Shown: positions 15,871 through 27,000 of the stretch, piece by piece
How the letters are laid out: every line of letters starts with the position of its first letter
How positions within the stretch are numbered: the stretch's first letter is position 1
IMG/VR virus record: IMGVR_UViG_3300025141_000036
Location: 1 to 64,000 of that record
Strand: one strand, 5' to 3'
DNA length: 64,000 nucleotides
From: a virus
Program-made: the position numbers and the translations under genes
The notes under the pieces: generated by a model
Told to the model about the DNA's origin: nothing
Database searches by the model: none
What the model saw: only the letters and a program-made list of their open reading frames with translations

Positions 15871-17034
15871 CTAGTAATCCAATCTTGCACGAATCGTAAA
15901 CTCCGTAGCGGGTGACTTCTTAAGGGGTTCACTGAGTTTCGCTGTGGCTAACAACTCATTGTTATCGTTATAAAGACCGATTGTGGTAATGTAGGACACT
16001 GGGTTGTCCGAGGCTATAGTCTTCACTCTAACTTTGGAATTAAGTAAGTAAGTCGGATTAGATGAATAATTGAATTCATTATGATTCGCACGACAGAAGT
16101 AAATTGTAGAATTCAACTCTGTTGTATTGTTGAATTGTAAATTATAGATTCGATGCCGGAAATAATCCGCAGAGCTCGAAATCTGAGATCCTGTTAAACC
16201 GGCCACGATATCGGACAAAGCACCTTCGGAATTAAGACCCCAAACCAAACCTTGAGTGCCATCGGCAATCCCGCCGGCAGTTTCGTTTAATTGTTGCTTG
16301 AAAACTGACGAAGTCAAAACCATAACTCCGGCCTGATAAAACAATAAGCCGGCATACCAATATTTGTTGCTATTAAAGGAACTAGTGTGTTCACTTGACG
16401 CATTCAAAGCTCCACCGGCACCAGCACCTGCTGCCGAAGCAGTTGCATAAAGGATCCCGTATTCCCCCACAGGAGAGTTTACTCTATATTCAGAGGATGC
16501 ACTAACATCTGTAATTGTCATTATGCAACCAAAGGGATCGTCATATCCCGATTTCGATCCAGATATTCCAAGCTTTAGTTCGAAGGTTTCTTTCTTGATT
16601 TCATCTTTCGACAGAAGACGTGCCATCGGGACAATAATAGCATCTTTTATTTTGACGCCGCCCCCAATAATGTCCCCATCCTCATCGAAAAGTTGGATTG
16701 ACCCTGTCTGATCATATCCCATTAAAATTTGGGACATTTGATTATAGATATTCTTTTTCTTTGATGCCTGTGCGGCTGTAGTCGTACAAAGAGGTTGTAA
16801 TTCCCCTGCTGTACTTAGGCCAATGGTGATATCAAAGATATGATTGGCGGATGAGCTTAGATATGGGTAATCATAAACTGATTGAAGCATTCCATGGGAA
16901 TAATTTTTAATATTATTTTCTTGGTGAAATGTTCCATAAGTTCCAGAAATAATTGTTCCCGTTAGTGGAACAGCCTCATGCAAAAGTGTTCTGGTATTTG
17001 CAATGTCGTTTTCGTTTAATGGTTTGAATGTCAT
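15871..17034 (-). CDS. Baseplate/tail-fibre attachment protein (tail-collar-like C-terminus)
   Basis: FNYSSNPTY and YITTIGLYNDNNELLATAKLSEPLKK...RLDY. Confidence 0.65.
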   Translation of the reverse strand: MTFKPLNENDIANTRTLLHEAVPLTGTIISGTYGTFHQENNIKNYSHGMLQSVYDYPYLSSSANHIFDITIGLSTAGELQPLCTTTAAQASKKKNIYNQMSQILMGYDQTGSIQLFDEDGDIIGGGVKIKDAIIVPMARLLSKDEIKKETFELKLGISGSKSGYDDPFGCIMTITDVSASSEYRVNSPVGEYGILYATASAAGAGAGGALNASSEHTSSFNSNKYWYAGLLFYQAGVMVLTSSVFKQQLNETAGGIADGTQGLVWGLNSEGALSDIVAGLTGSQISSSADYFRHRIYNLQFNNTTELNSTIYFCRANHNEFNYSSNPTYLLNSKVRVKTIASDNPVSYITTIGLYNDNNELLATAKLSEPLKKSPATEFTIRARLDY

Positions 17035-17043
17035 TATAAAGTC

Positions 17044-17982
17044 CTATTTAAGTCTTAGATATCTGATTGGGACATCTATCATACATCCGGTTTTAACACC
17101 GGTAACTCGCACATTAGAGTCGATGTAATAGCAAACAGATGTGGTTCCGCCTCTATTATCAAGAGTTACTTCTGCCCCTAGGGTAGTGAACAAATATGAA
17201 CTAGTATTAAGATCCATAGAAGACATTATTCGAAATTCCACCTTTGTTCCTCGAGGGCCTTGAATGATTTCCTTTTCGTTTGTAGAGTCATCAGTGATGT
17301 CTGTTACAAATGTATCTCCCAAATCTACTGTATAGTAAGCCATGTTATCATCATCAACATAATCAAAGGACGCTAGTGTTCCCGTCGAATCAACAAGCTT
17401 GCCAAGACGATTATCCATTTGAACAATATAGCTGGTTTCTTTTAGTTCATCGTCTAGTTTTCTTTTTGGAGAGATCTCGCTGGTGTCTAATCCCTCGTCC
17501 ACACGAATAATAGTTCCGATTAGTTCCTCACCAAAAATAAATCCTTGATTTAAACCCTTGTCGGAGTTTCTACCCACGCCAGTTTTAGTAACTTCTGAAC
17601 CATCATTGTCTGATGTTTCTCTGTTAGCTGTTACATAAAAAACATTATTTGATGCCATTCCGTTGACACCTGGGTCTCTGGTGTTAAGCCTCAGAACTGG
17701 TAAAAATAGCAATTCTAGATTAGAATATGTCTGCAGTTGTGTCTTCATTGACGCTGCGTTATCTGTAAATGCCTCTAAAATTGGAGTTTGTAAAATCTCT
17801 AAATCATAATAAGAGCTGCCGCTAGGGTTTGTTTTATCATAAAGAGAATAGTCTATCTCCTCGTCGCTCAGGGCAAACTTGGTTATTTGAAAAGAACCAT
17901 CTCCTCTTGCTAATAGTTTCCTTCCGTGGTCTGTCAAAACAACATCTAGAATGATGTCGCCGCTGTTATCTAAAAAGCCCAT
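17044..17982 (-). CDS. Virion structural protein (tail-collar-like N-terminus)
   Basis: VVLTDHGRKLLARGDGSFQITKFALSDEEIDY, similar to the N-terminus of 23076-24038. Confidence 0.6.
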   Translation of the reverse strand: MGFLDNSGDIILDVVLTDHGRKLLARGDGSFQITKFALSDEEIDYSLYDKTNPSGSSYYDLEILQTPILEAFTDNAASMKTQLQTYSNLELLFLPVLRLNTRDPGVNGMASNNVFYVTANRETSDNDGSEVTKTGVGRNSDKGLNQGFIFGEELIGTIIRVDEGLDTSEISPKRKLDDELKETSYIVQMDNRLGKLVDSTGTLASFDYVDDDNMAYYTVDLGDTFVTDITDDSTNEKEIIQGPRGTKVEFRIMSSMDLNTSSYLFTTLGAEVTLDNRGGTTSVCYYIDSNVRVTGVKTGCMIDVPIRYLRLK

Positions 17983-18007
17983 GTATTATCTCCCGATCTT
18001 TTTCATA

Positions 18008-18016
18008 GTAAATAGA
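18008..18016 (-). promoter_or_regulatory. Putative late-promoter motif TCTATTTAC
   Basis: CTATTTA core in the gap before the ATG at 17982; GGAG SD downstream. Confidence 0.4.
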
Positions 18017-18022
18017 ATTTAA

Positions 18023-20086
18023 TTAGAAATCTTCTTCTGTTTTGTTCTTTGTGAGTTTAAACGTTATATTATAGTCTATAATTTTTCCACTCGTGGTTGA
18101 TTTTACTCTTACTTTAAATTTCCTTCCCCACACAGAATGCTGGGCTATTCCCAGATTTAAGTTATCCACTGTTCCCTGTAGAGAAGTTTTTCCATAAAGA
18201 TATGGTTGACTCTCATCAAACCAAGTTTGTTCATATGATGGATAAAGCTGAAAGAGATTTTTAAATTTCCTGGAGTCTGCCTTGACAACTGGTTTTGGGA
18301 ATTCATATTCTGAAACCATTATCTTAGAATCATCTGCATCTTTAATTAACTCTACTCCATAAATAGCAGTTGGATTAGACACCAACCCTTTGACATTAAC
18401 TTTTCTAAACATATAATAATATTTGGTGTTAGGTATAACCGTGTCCTCAAAGCGAGCAGAATTCGAAAGAAAAGTCATCTGGACATTTGTCAATTTTTTT
18501 CCTTGGAAGTCAGACCAGTATTTCGGCGGCACCTTTGTTCTGAAGATTTCATATTTTCCCCTTTGGTTAGAATATTTAAACCTCGTTTTGTTGTCTTGAT
18601 TCATACTATTCATATTCATATTGATTTCCTGGTGCATATCAGAAGGAGTCACTTGAATAAAGGAATCTATTTTTTCACCTTTAGTGGGAGATAAATAGAC
18701 TTGAATCTTATTGTTAGAGTTGTTTTCAGTTACAAACTTAACCTGCGGTTCGATTGGTGGAGGCATTAGTGCTATGACGGATTCTGTAAACAAATGAAAA
18801 GGAACGATTACAACACTAGGGACATTAACAACATCAACCAACGCATGGTTCTTCGGTTGCTCTATGGTCTGGGCTCGAGGCTCGGCGCCGAAGTCGTCGA
18901 GGATTTGCATGTTGTTGAACCTTAAATTTTCATAACGATAGCGGTTACCTACTATAATATAATAGGCATCACACTTATAGACGTATTGTTGACCATATTT
19001 GATTTGAGAATCATTAAATAGGCTTGTGTCATCGACTGCTGGAATATAAATATTTTGGGCTTTGGCTCCTTGTAAAGTATCTCTAAATTTCTGCACTTTA
19101 TAAACAAAATCTTCACGGTAGGCCATTTCATTATTATAAACTTCTTCGAAAGAGCGGAATTTTCCCTTAGATAAACTCCTAACATAACCTGCAAATAGCA
19201 GTTTTTTGTATTTATTAATCATAGTAGATTTTGATGATGCATTAGGGTCCAAAGGAAACATATCATCTGGTAGTAAAAATGCTGTTGAATTGGCCCACTT
19301 TAACATTTCAAAAGCCTCAATCGACTTGGTAGTTACCGATTGGCCTTCTTGAACTACAAAATCTAACGTGGGATTTGTTGATTGCTCAAAAGCATTCAAC
19401 AAAGCATCAAATAATTGTGTTTCGATAATAAAATCAGAAAAATTATTGTCAACTTTATTGGTGATCTTGATTTCGTTGTAATAAGGATATTCGTCAGAAA
19501 CATTGGAAGAGTTCATCCCAGGATCCCTGTTGGGGCCTGCATTTGGAACTACAAAATTTTCATATCGGCTCGAATCTATTGAATAGTTTATTGGGCTTTG
19601 TTCTTTATCTTTAATAAAACCTACAAAGTCCTGTTTTGACTTCCTAAACGTTATAGGGGGCAACTGAGGCTCATTAGTGACCATCTGGAGTTCATCATAA
19701 TCCGAACTAAGATAATTAAAATTAGTAACAATATCATAAGATGACACGGATTGATTTAAATTTTCTGCTTGAATAGCAGTGGCTTTTTCTGGGATTGGAA
19801 TCTTAACAAAATGATTAGTGAACTCTTGCCCTGTAGTAATCGCCTTGTTAACTAACTCATAGACATCATCTGATGAATTCAACGCTTCCAATTTTAAAGT
19901 TGTAACCTCTGAATACAAGACACCTTCTTGTTGCATTTTGCTTTCAAGAAAACTAACTTTGAGATTGGAGAGATCGTTACTCTTAATTGCTTGGGTTTCA
20001 AATCCAGTTGGGACAACAATGGCAGCTTTCCCTAGATCTTTTAATAAAGGATCGACAACTTGTTCTGTCATAATAGCTTTAGCCAT
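18023..20086 (-). CDS. Putative virion structural protein (687 aa), FN3-like C-terminal elements
   Basis: Lies in the baseplate operon; YEIFR...FEDTVIPNTKYYYMFR and FNDSQIKYGQQYVY patterns. Confidence 0.55.
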   Translation of the reverse strand: MAKAIMTEQVVDPLLKDLGKAAIVVPTGFETQAIKSNDLSNLKVSFLESKMQQEGVLYSEVTTLKLEALNSSDDVYELVNKAITTGQEFTNHFVKIPIPEKATAIQAENLNQSVSSYDIVTNFNYLSSDYDELQMVTNEPQLPPITFRKSKQDFVGFIKDKEQSPINYSIDSSRYENFVVPNAGPNRDPGMNSSNVSDEYPYYNEIKITNKVDNNFSDFIIETQLFDALLNAFEQSTNPTLDFVVQEGQSVTTKSIEAFEMLKWANSTAFLLPDDMFPLDPNASSKSTMINKYKKLLFAGYVRSLSKGKFRSFEEVYNNEMAYREDFVYKVQKFRDTLQGAKAQNIYIPAVDDTSLFNDSQIKYGQQYVYKCDAYYIIVGNRYRYENLRFNNMQILDDFGAEPRAQTIEQPKNHALVDVVNVPSVVIVPFHLFTESVIALMPPPIEPQVKFVTENNSNNKIQVYLSPTKGEKIDSFIQVTPSDMHQEINMNMNSMNQDNKTRFKYSNQRGKYEIFRTKVPPKYWSDFQGKKLTNVQMTFLSNSARFEDTVIPNTKYYYMFRKVNVKGLVSNPTAIYGVELIKDADDSKIMVSEYEFPKPVVKADSRKFKNLFQLYPSYEQTWFDESQPYLYGKTSLQGTVDNLNLGIAQHSVWGRKFKVRVKSTTSGKIIDYNITFKLTKNKTEEDF

Positions 20087-23085
20087 CAGTAAGTTCCTCC
20101 AGGAATGTATGGGCCAGGACTAAAGCCAGCAACTGGTGAGTCGCTTACTCCTCCGATTGTTGCTTGATCAACCTGCTCGATTGTTGGCGGTCCCACGGAA
20201 CCCAAAGGTGCCACTGCAAATTGCAGGGAGTCTTTAAAAGTTCCTTGAGTTACGATGTTAGTGGTGGCAAACTTTATCACTTTGGATAGGTGATTTTTGC
20301 TTAGCATATTTATATTACCACCGGCGTGGACTTCATCAGGCAGCGTGGTAATATCCACCGTTACAGGCTGGTCTCCTACTACAATCACATCATTTGTGGA
20401 TGGTAATTTGAAAATTTCATCTGGTTTTAAACCAAGTTCAGGAATTTCCGCATATTCCATTTTTACCAACACTCCTCCTATGGTGGGTAAAAAAGAATGG
20501 TTCATTTCTTCCCAAATAGGTTCTGAGAGCATTAGATCCCCTTGGTTGTCTCTTTTATAACCAACCAAAACAAGAAGGCGTTTATTAGTTTGAAAAAGAA
20601 TTTCTGTTGAAATCTTAGTTTCTGGGCTTTGAAATATATCTCCTTCTTCAGAAAGAATTTCGTTTTTAGCAGCTTGAGATCGAGAACATACTGCTGCCTT
20701 GTATGACACCGGTGCTCTTCCCAATATAGTATTTTTAAAACCATCTGATCTTACATACTGGGACACAGAGCTATCTGAGTTTGTTAAATCAAAATTAAAT
20801 TTTGATGCTCCAGTTTGTGCCTGGGTAGTTGATAAAAGCGTTGCCACCATGGCATAATCTGAAGAAATTGATGGGCGGTGTAGATGAGCCTCTGCTTCAA
20901 TAAAGGAGGAGTTGATTCCCAAGTATTCTTTACTATCTGCTAATCTTTCTTTTTGTTCTTCTTCTATTTTAAATTCAGGTATATCAAAACCTGGAGTAAA
21001 TGAACCATTAAACGTTGGTGCTCTTTGGCGACCTACTGTCACCCTTTGTTGGGTTTCGGACTGGTCTTCGGGAGGAGTTTCTGTGTCTCTTTTTTGAGAT
21101 GCTCTCCAGGGTCTAATGATTTGATCTGAAACTTGTTTTGCTCTTAAAAATTGGATTGATAAACCTAGATTATCAATGTTTGTAAGGTCTGTTAAATTAA
21201 AACTCTGATTATCAAAAACAAAAGCCAAGGGGGATAGATATATTTGCTTTGCCGTGGCCGTGTTGGTTATGGCTTTTGCGGTTGCATCATCTAAATTGCT
21301 GAATTCAGCAGGAAACTTACTTTCATCTAAATTAAAATATCGTTGTTCTTCTAGGTTTGATCTTTGTTTTAAGTTTTCTATCGATATAATAGAATTAAGG
21401 TCGTAAGGGTCATTCATATATTTATAAAACCGTCGATAATTATTAAATTGTATTATTTGAGCAAATTCTTTAGTGAAAGAGATTAAGTTAGGAATCATAG
21501 ATCTCTTATTGTTCTTCGGTTTAGAGGACCCTGGGGTTCGGTTAATCGGCGGAAATAATCTTCTGAATGTCGAGAGAGCGGCCTTAAAGTCATTCAAAAT
21601 CTTAAGCCCCATTGTGGCTGTATAGTTTTCTGTTACTGTTGCTTTCATCAAAGAAACAATTTCCGCTTCAACCTCAAAGGGTTGCATCTCTACTAGATAT
21701 GTCCTAAGAGTTATATAACTAATTATTGCTGTTTTTATAGTTTCAGGGATTTCTATCCCTTCCCTTAACCTTTCTTCCCTATGAGAATAATTGGTTTTTT
21801 TATTTAATCTATAGATCGATTGCTCTAAAGAGTCAATCTGTGAAGTGAAAGCTTTCATCTTTGTTTCAAAAAACTGCTGTGATTTGTCAACAATAGAGAA
21901 CTCTGCTTTGTAGGAAAACTGGCCGCTTGTTTTAGAGGTATTCTCATTGTCTTTAAATTGATAATACCTTATTGTTGGGTCCTGATTAAGATAAATTTGA
22001 TGTATAGCCTCTGTTGGTTTTAGTTTATTGGCCTTGTCATCAACAGTTGTGGTAATGTATTTATACCTATCTACCGAAAACTTAGCCACCTTGGGAGTTC
22101 CTAAATTATTTATTACCCTTCTGGTTCTTACTTGGTTCCGAACTATTGAGAGGGAGTTTATCTTAATACTAAACATAAATTCATTAAACAATGAATTGCT
22201 AATTTTTTTGAAAGTTTTACCGTGTTTAGTTTTCTGGAGTACTATTTGTTTCATATTAATCGCAAAAACCCCTATAAGATCAATGTTTTCATTAATAGAA
22301 TAATGAAGAGTCCCTATTAAGGGGTTGTGGTTAAACGGCGATTGATTCTTGGACTTGTAAATGTTAGTTCTCAAGTCGACTAATTTTAAATTCTGAACCT
22401 TGACTCTCTTTAAAACTGGTTTTTGTTCTAATGAACTAAAAGATCCAGCCATGTAACCTGCTGCGTTGAGGTGTACTGGCCCGGGCCAAACGCCAGTGTC
22501 TGATTGTAAAAACAAGTTTGTTAATCCTGGGTTGGATCCATTTTTAAAAATTATTTCTGATGTCACTGCTCCAAAATATTGCTTCAGTAAACCAGTTAAA
22601 TCGATCTCAAAATGAGCCGAAAGGTCTTGAGTATCGATAAACCCATAAGCAAAAATTATATAATCTTGCGGGTCCATCGGTAATTCCAATACAAAATTCC
22701 TGTGATATTGACACACTCCTGGGTTTACAGAACTGGCTGACTTCACAACTTTATTAAATGTCTTAATCGACGTTTTTTTAATTTCTGTTGATGAAGCATT
22801 ATAATAGGAAGACCCTACAATCTTAGATGGATATGGGCTAAGAGTCCCCTCTTTTATCGCTGTTGCAAGGCTAACATCACGGGTAGCTATAAGTCCGACC
22901 TTAAAAAAATCGACAAAACTTTCCTCATCTTTCCAAATATAACCACGATTCGTTTTTACATCCAACACTTGTAAGGTCACAATTGCTTTAAAAGTCTCTG
23001 TATTGTTATCCTCTAGTTTAACTCTGGAGATATAAACATTTGGAATGTTTTCTAGACCTACCACTTCTTTTGACATTAATCGCAA
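20086..23085 (-). CDS. Putative virion structural protein (999 aa)
   Basis: Long intact ORF coupled within the baseplate operon. Confidence 0.55.
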   Translation of the reverse strand: MRLMSKEVVGLENIPNVYISRVKLEDNNTETFKAIVTLQVLDVKTNRGYIWKDEESFVDFFKVGLIATRDVSLATAIKEGTLSPYPSKIVGSSYYNASSTEIKKTSIKTFNKVVKSASSVNPGVCQYHRNFVLELPMDPQDYIIFAYGFIDTQDLSAHFEIDLTGLLKQYFGAVTSEIIFKNGSNPGLTNLFLQSDTGVWPGPVHLNAAGYMAGSFSSLEQKPVLKRVKVQNLKLVDLRTNIYKSKNQSPFNHNPLIGTLHYSINENIDLIGVFAINMKQIVLQKTKHGKTFKKISNSLFNEFMFSIKINSLSIVRNQVRTRRVINNLGTPKVAKFSVDRYKYITTTVDDKANKLKPTEAIHQIYLNQDPTIRYYQFKDNENTSKTSGQFSYKAEFSIVDKSQQFFETKMKAFTSQIDSLEQSIYRLNKKTNYSHREERLREGIEIPETIKTAIISYITLRTYLVEMQPFEVEAEIVSLMKATVTENYTATMGLKILNDFKAALSTFRRLFPPINRTPGSSKPKNNKRSMIPNLISFTKEFAQIIQFNNYRRFYKYMNDPYDLNSIISIENLKQRSNLEEQRYFNLDESKFPAEFSNLDDATAKAITNTATAKQIYLSPLAFVFDNQSFNLTDLTNIDNLGLSIQFLRAKQVSDQIIRPWRASQKRDTETPPEDQSETQQRVTVGRQRAPTFNGSFTPGFDIPEFKIEEEQKERLADSKEYLGINSSFIEAEAHLHRPSISSDYAMVATLLSTTQAQTGASKFNFDLTNSDSSVSQYVRSDGFKNTILGRAPVSYKAAVCSRSQAAKNEILSEEGDIFQSPETKISTEILFQTNKRLLVLVGYKRDNQGDLMLSEPIWEEMNHSFLPTIGGVLVKMEYAEIPELGLKPDEIFKLPSTNDVIVVGDQPVTVDITTLPDEVHAGGNINMLSKNHLSKVIKFATTNIVTQGTFKDSLQFAVAPLGSVGPPTIEQVDQATIGGVSDSPVAGFSPGPYIPGGTY

Positions 23086-24038
23086 TCCTCTATTTCTGTT
23101 ATCCGAGTTCCATAAATATCAAAATCTATTCCTCTTTCTTGTGTACATTCCACATCTACATCCAATTCTATATCCTGAGCTTTTAATTGACTGACGCCTC
23201 TGCAAATATCCACATCCGGAACCTGTGTATCAAAATTCATATCTATCCAATATTCAACATAAGAAGAATCCAGTTCCACATATGAATCGTTACTTTCCTC
23301 TAGTAGAATTCCATCTTTAATTAAATTAGTTCGCGGACGAAACTTCAAGGGAATCAAGTCTGTTTCTGAGTTTTCTTCGTAAAGATAAACTTCCATCTCT
23401 AAGCCGTCCTTAAATGTAAAACCCTGTAGTTCTTTTAGTTGACATAAAATCTGCTGTTGAGTGATTTCCAAGTAGGTTCCGTCTGCATAAACATCTGATG
23501 CGGGAATCTGAGTTGAAATCGTTCTGCCTGAAACCGATGGAGAATTATAAGTATTTTTTACTCCCATCTTATACTCAATAGTGGAGTTAACTTGAGGGAT
23601 TTGCCTCAAATAAACATTAGATCCCGTCAGTACTGTCTGGACAGATCCTGATATCTCTCCTTGAATAAAAATAGACTTCCACGCGGGACCATAATCACTT
23701 GCTTGTTCGGAGGTCCCTAGGGGTTCTGTCAAATAATTTAATTTTAATTTAGTGTGCGGTCGAGTGTTTTCCTGAGTTCTCTCGTAACTAAAGATTAAAC
23801 TCTCAGGGGAAATCAAATCCCTTTGAGTTTTTAATCTTGGTGTATTAGTTAAAATCCTCGCCGTGATTGCGTCTTGGTCTTCAGCCGATGTCTCGCCTGC
23901 TGCCATAGTGTCATAAAGAATGTCATCATCAAAAAAAGCATAGTACTGCGGTAGAAGTTGGCCTTTGGCTATAAGGCTTCTACCGTAGGGGGTTAATTCT
24001 ATATTTATTACATCTTCTTTTTTATTAAAAAATGTCAT
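23076..24038 (-). CDS. Virion structural protein (tail-collar-like N-terminus)
   Basis: IELTPYGRSLIAKGQLLPQYYAFFDDDILYD. Confidence 0.58.
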   Translation of the reverse strand: MTFFNKKEDVINIELTPYGRSLIAKGQLLPQYYAFFDDDILYDTMAAGETSAEDQDAITARILTNTPRLKTQRDLISPESLIFSYERTQENTRPHTKLKLNYLTEPLGTSEQASDYGPAWKSIFIQGEISGSVQTVLTGSNVYLRQIPQVNSTIEYKMGVKNTYNSPSVSGRTISTQIPASDVYADGTYLEITQQQILCQLKELQGFTFKDGLEMEVYLYEENSETDLIPLKFRPRTNLIKDGILLEESNDSYVELDSSYVEYWIDMNFDTQVPDVDICRGVSQLKAQDIELDVDVECTQERGIDFDIYGTRITEIEDCD

Positions 24039-27000
24039 TCCTCTTCCTTCGTTATTCCCAATGCAGTTTCTTGATCAGTAATAGATTGATCTCTTTCTGC
24101 TAATTCTTCTGGGGATAATTTTTTTATAGGCACTATATCTCTCTGATTTTCGGACGTTGTTTCAATGTTCGCAAATGTCACTTCACTGTCTAGTTTAACT
24201 AGTTCGACGAGAGAAAAGAAATCATAAGGCCAGTTGTATGTTATTGAGGGATCTTGACCGACAGTGGAGGACTCTAGACCCTCTACGGTGATGTTACTGG
24301 TGTCTTCTGTTGTTCCTTTTTGTTGAACCACTTTATCAAAATAGTTCGTCTTTGCTCTTTGTTTAACCTTAAATAACATCCACCGGATTTCTGAATCAAT
24401 GCCGTTTCCGGGAGCATTAGGGACTAGCTCCCCATCTCTCATGACTGCTCCTCCTCCCATAAGCTCTTTTGCTAATAGTTCATGAGAAATAGAAACTTCG
24501 GACTCTTCAAAGCCGGTGCCAATTGAGGGAGGGAGATTCTGCCAAATATCTCCAACGTCTTTCCGAGTAAGATTAGCAGAGAACTCAAAAATATACATTG
24601 CAAAAGGTTGGATTTCTGGATATTTCACAAAGTCCATGGGTGGCGGAAATACATATTTTTTCATGTTTCTAACCATCTGGACCACTGATGCTCCAGTCTT
24701 TGGTGGGCCGCCGGCAACGAAAACATTGGGCTCAATTTCTCTATTCAAAGCTGCCGCTACATCATCTATTTCTTTTCTTGGTATCGTGAAAAACTTTCGT
24801 TTTCCTTCTTTCTCGACAAACGGAACTGCTACCACAGCCTCCCAAAGTTTTTGAGTAATGGCAAGGTTTCCAAGTTTTACAGGTTGCTGATCAAACCCAC
24901 ATAAGCTCGCTAAGGATTTTACATATCTTTCCTGAGTCCCTGAATTTAATCCTAGTGCGCCTTTTAGCCAATTTTTGGGAATATCAGTAACCTGGAGAAA
25001 GACTCCTTTTGATGGGTCCTCTTCTATTTCGCCATATTGATGCCACATTCCTCGAGGCACCACTGGTTGTCCGTATCTTGGTTCTGTACACTCATCCGAT
25101 AATTTTTTATATTTATTAAAATTCATCATAGGGGTTTCAAATTTTGGTTGAATTATCCATCGAGACGTACGCGATGTTCCGGCGGACTCCGCAACAAGGA
25201 CAGTTTCGTCCTGCCCAGTTGTCGAAGAGCCAACCTTTATTTCACGTGCCGCGCCAACGCCAAACAGATTTACTGATGATTCAAGTTGCATGGCGTTACT
25301 ATTAACATAATAAGGGTGATAAGGGTAACTACCAGTGTTGCTCCATATAGGAGGGCCGGCCCAGGCTCCAGAATTGAATGTATACCCGTCAGTCATCCTA
25401 TTGTCTCCCCAATTAAAGTAGGGGACATTATAATCAAGAGTGGCCAGTTGAGGCCAGCTCGGTTTTCCACCGCTGCTCGGCCCAGGTGGAAGAGCTTGGT
25501 AATTATAAGCAGAATAATAAGCGAAAATCCTACCAAATTGACTTGAGTTTATTAAATTACTCCAAGGACTGTAAACATAGGATTCATAGGGGCCTCGAAT
25601 ATCACCGAAGCGGTCGGAAACCAACCCTGGGTAAGTAACACCTTTTGCACCTGGTGGTCTATTTTTTGGACTCGTTATATCTTGATAGCCCGTTAGGTCT
25701 CTCAAAGCATTCATTGTTCCATTCCACCAATGTCGGGTTTGATATGGCCATTCTTTGGCTTTGCCTATGATCTCTTCCACGGTATATTTCTTACTAGCGG
25801 TGCAATTAAAAACTAAATCGCACCACGCTTCGCCATGATAATACGGAGGAGTGTATGCCCAATTATAGCCCCAAAGAGAATCATTTCCGATCACTCTACT
25901 TGTTGGCTGAACGGAAGAGGTATAGTTACCAGCGGAGCCGCCCTGGAGCGCATCCCCCCAGGAGCCAGTTCCGGCGCTGCCCCAGAGGGGTGGCCCAAAA
26001 GCAGACGGCCTTGAGTACATGGTAAATGTCTCTCTTGGGCCGGAACGGTTTCCGCTCCAAGAGCCACTTACTAAATCCTGCGGGGCCCACGTTTGCCAGT
26101 TTCCGTAACCCCTTAAGTAGGTACTTGGGCGGTCTGTGGAGCGGTACATCTTTACTCTCATCATATAATAGTTGCCTGAGATGGCGTTTCCAAAATTAGG
26201 ATCTTCGGATTTTGCAGAGGCAATGGTGGAGAAATTTTTACCTTTTAAGAAAAACTCTGGAACCATGGCAAGGAAGTTGCTCGACATCTTCGTAAATAAA
26301 GAATCTCCTTGGCCATTCCATTGTGCCCATATTGATCCTGTTCCTCCATAAGACCACGGATGTATTTCTTGTGATCGTAATGCAACATCTCTCAAGTATT
26401 CTTCAGGCTGGACCATTGCTTCGAATGGAACCCTTTGGGAAAAAGTAGTCCACAGATCACCGTAGAGATTGGAGGGTGACCCAGCGGTCCAGGTGACACT
26501 GGCATTTTTTAATGAACCGGTGCTCATACAATTCATAAAACTATATTGTTTCCAAGGCATCAAGGACACTCCGCCATAGCCGCCCCATTTGGAGTAGGCT
26601 TGATTGTATATGGCCTGGCCGAAATCATTAACAAATGTCATGCCCGATCCCTTTGTAGCGTTTTCTGAGTTGAGATCATCACGGTTAATCATTGGCCAAT
26701 CACATGCAACACCGGCCTTTATTGTGTTATAAAGAATTCCTGGAGCAAACAGAGGCTGGAGAAGACACTGGGCTGCTGCTGGGTCTTCTCTAGTATAAGT
26801 GTTATAAAATTCTGTGTTACTAGCATAGGACTCATAGAACTGTTTTGCCATTTGGATTGTTCGCTGCACTGGGTAGAAGCCTTCATAAGGCAAAAACTTC
26901 TTAACCACTTTGCATTTTAATTTCAGAACCGTTGGTTTGACAAAATCTTGATGGTCTTTTTTAATCAAATCAAAATGTTTTAAAAAGTCTGTATTGGATA

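Noticed and set aside
13583-17046. Possible TAG stop-codon recoding as in some large phages
   Set aside because: TAG ends genes at natural C-termini (the paralogous KLDL* and RLDY*), and ORFs of up to 2541 aa are intact under code 11.
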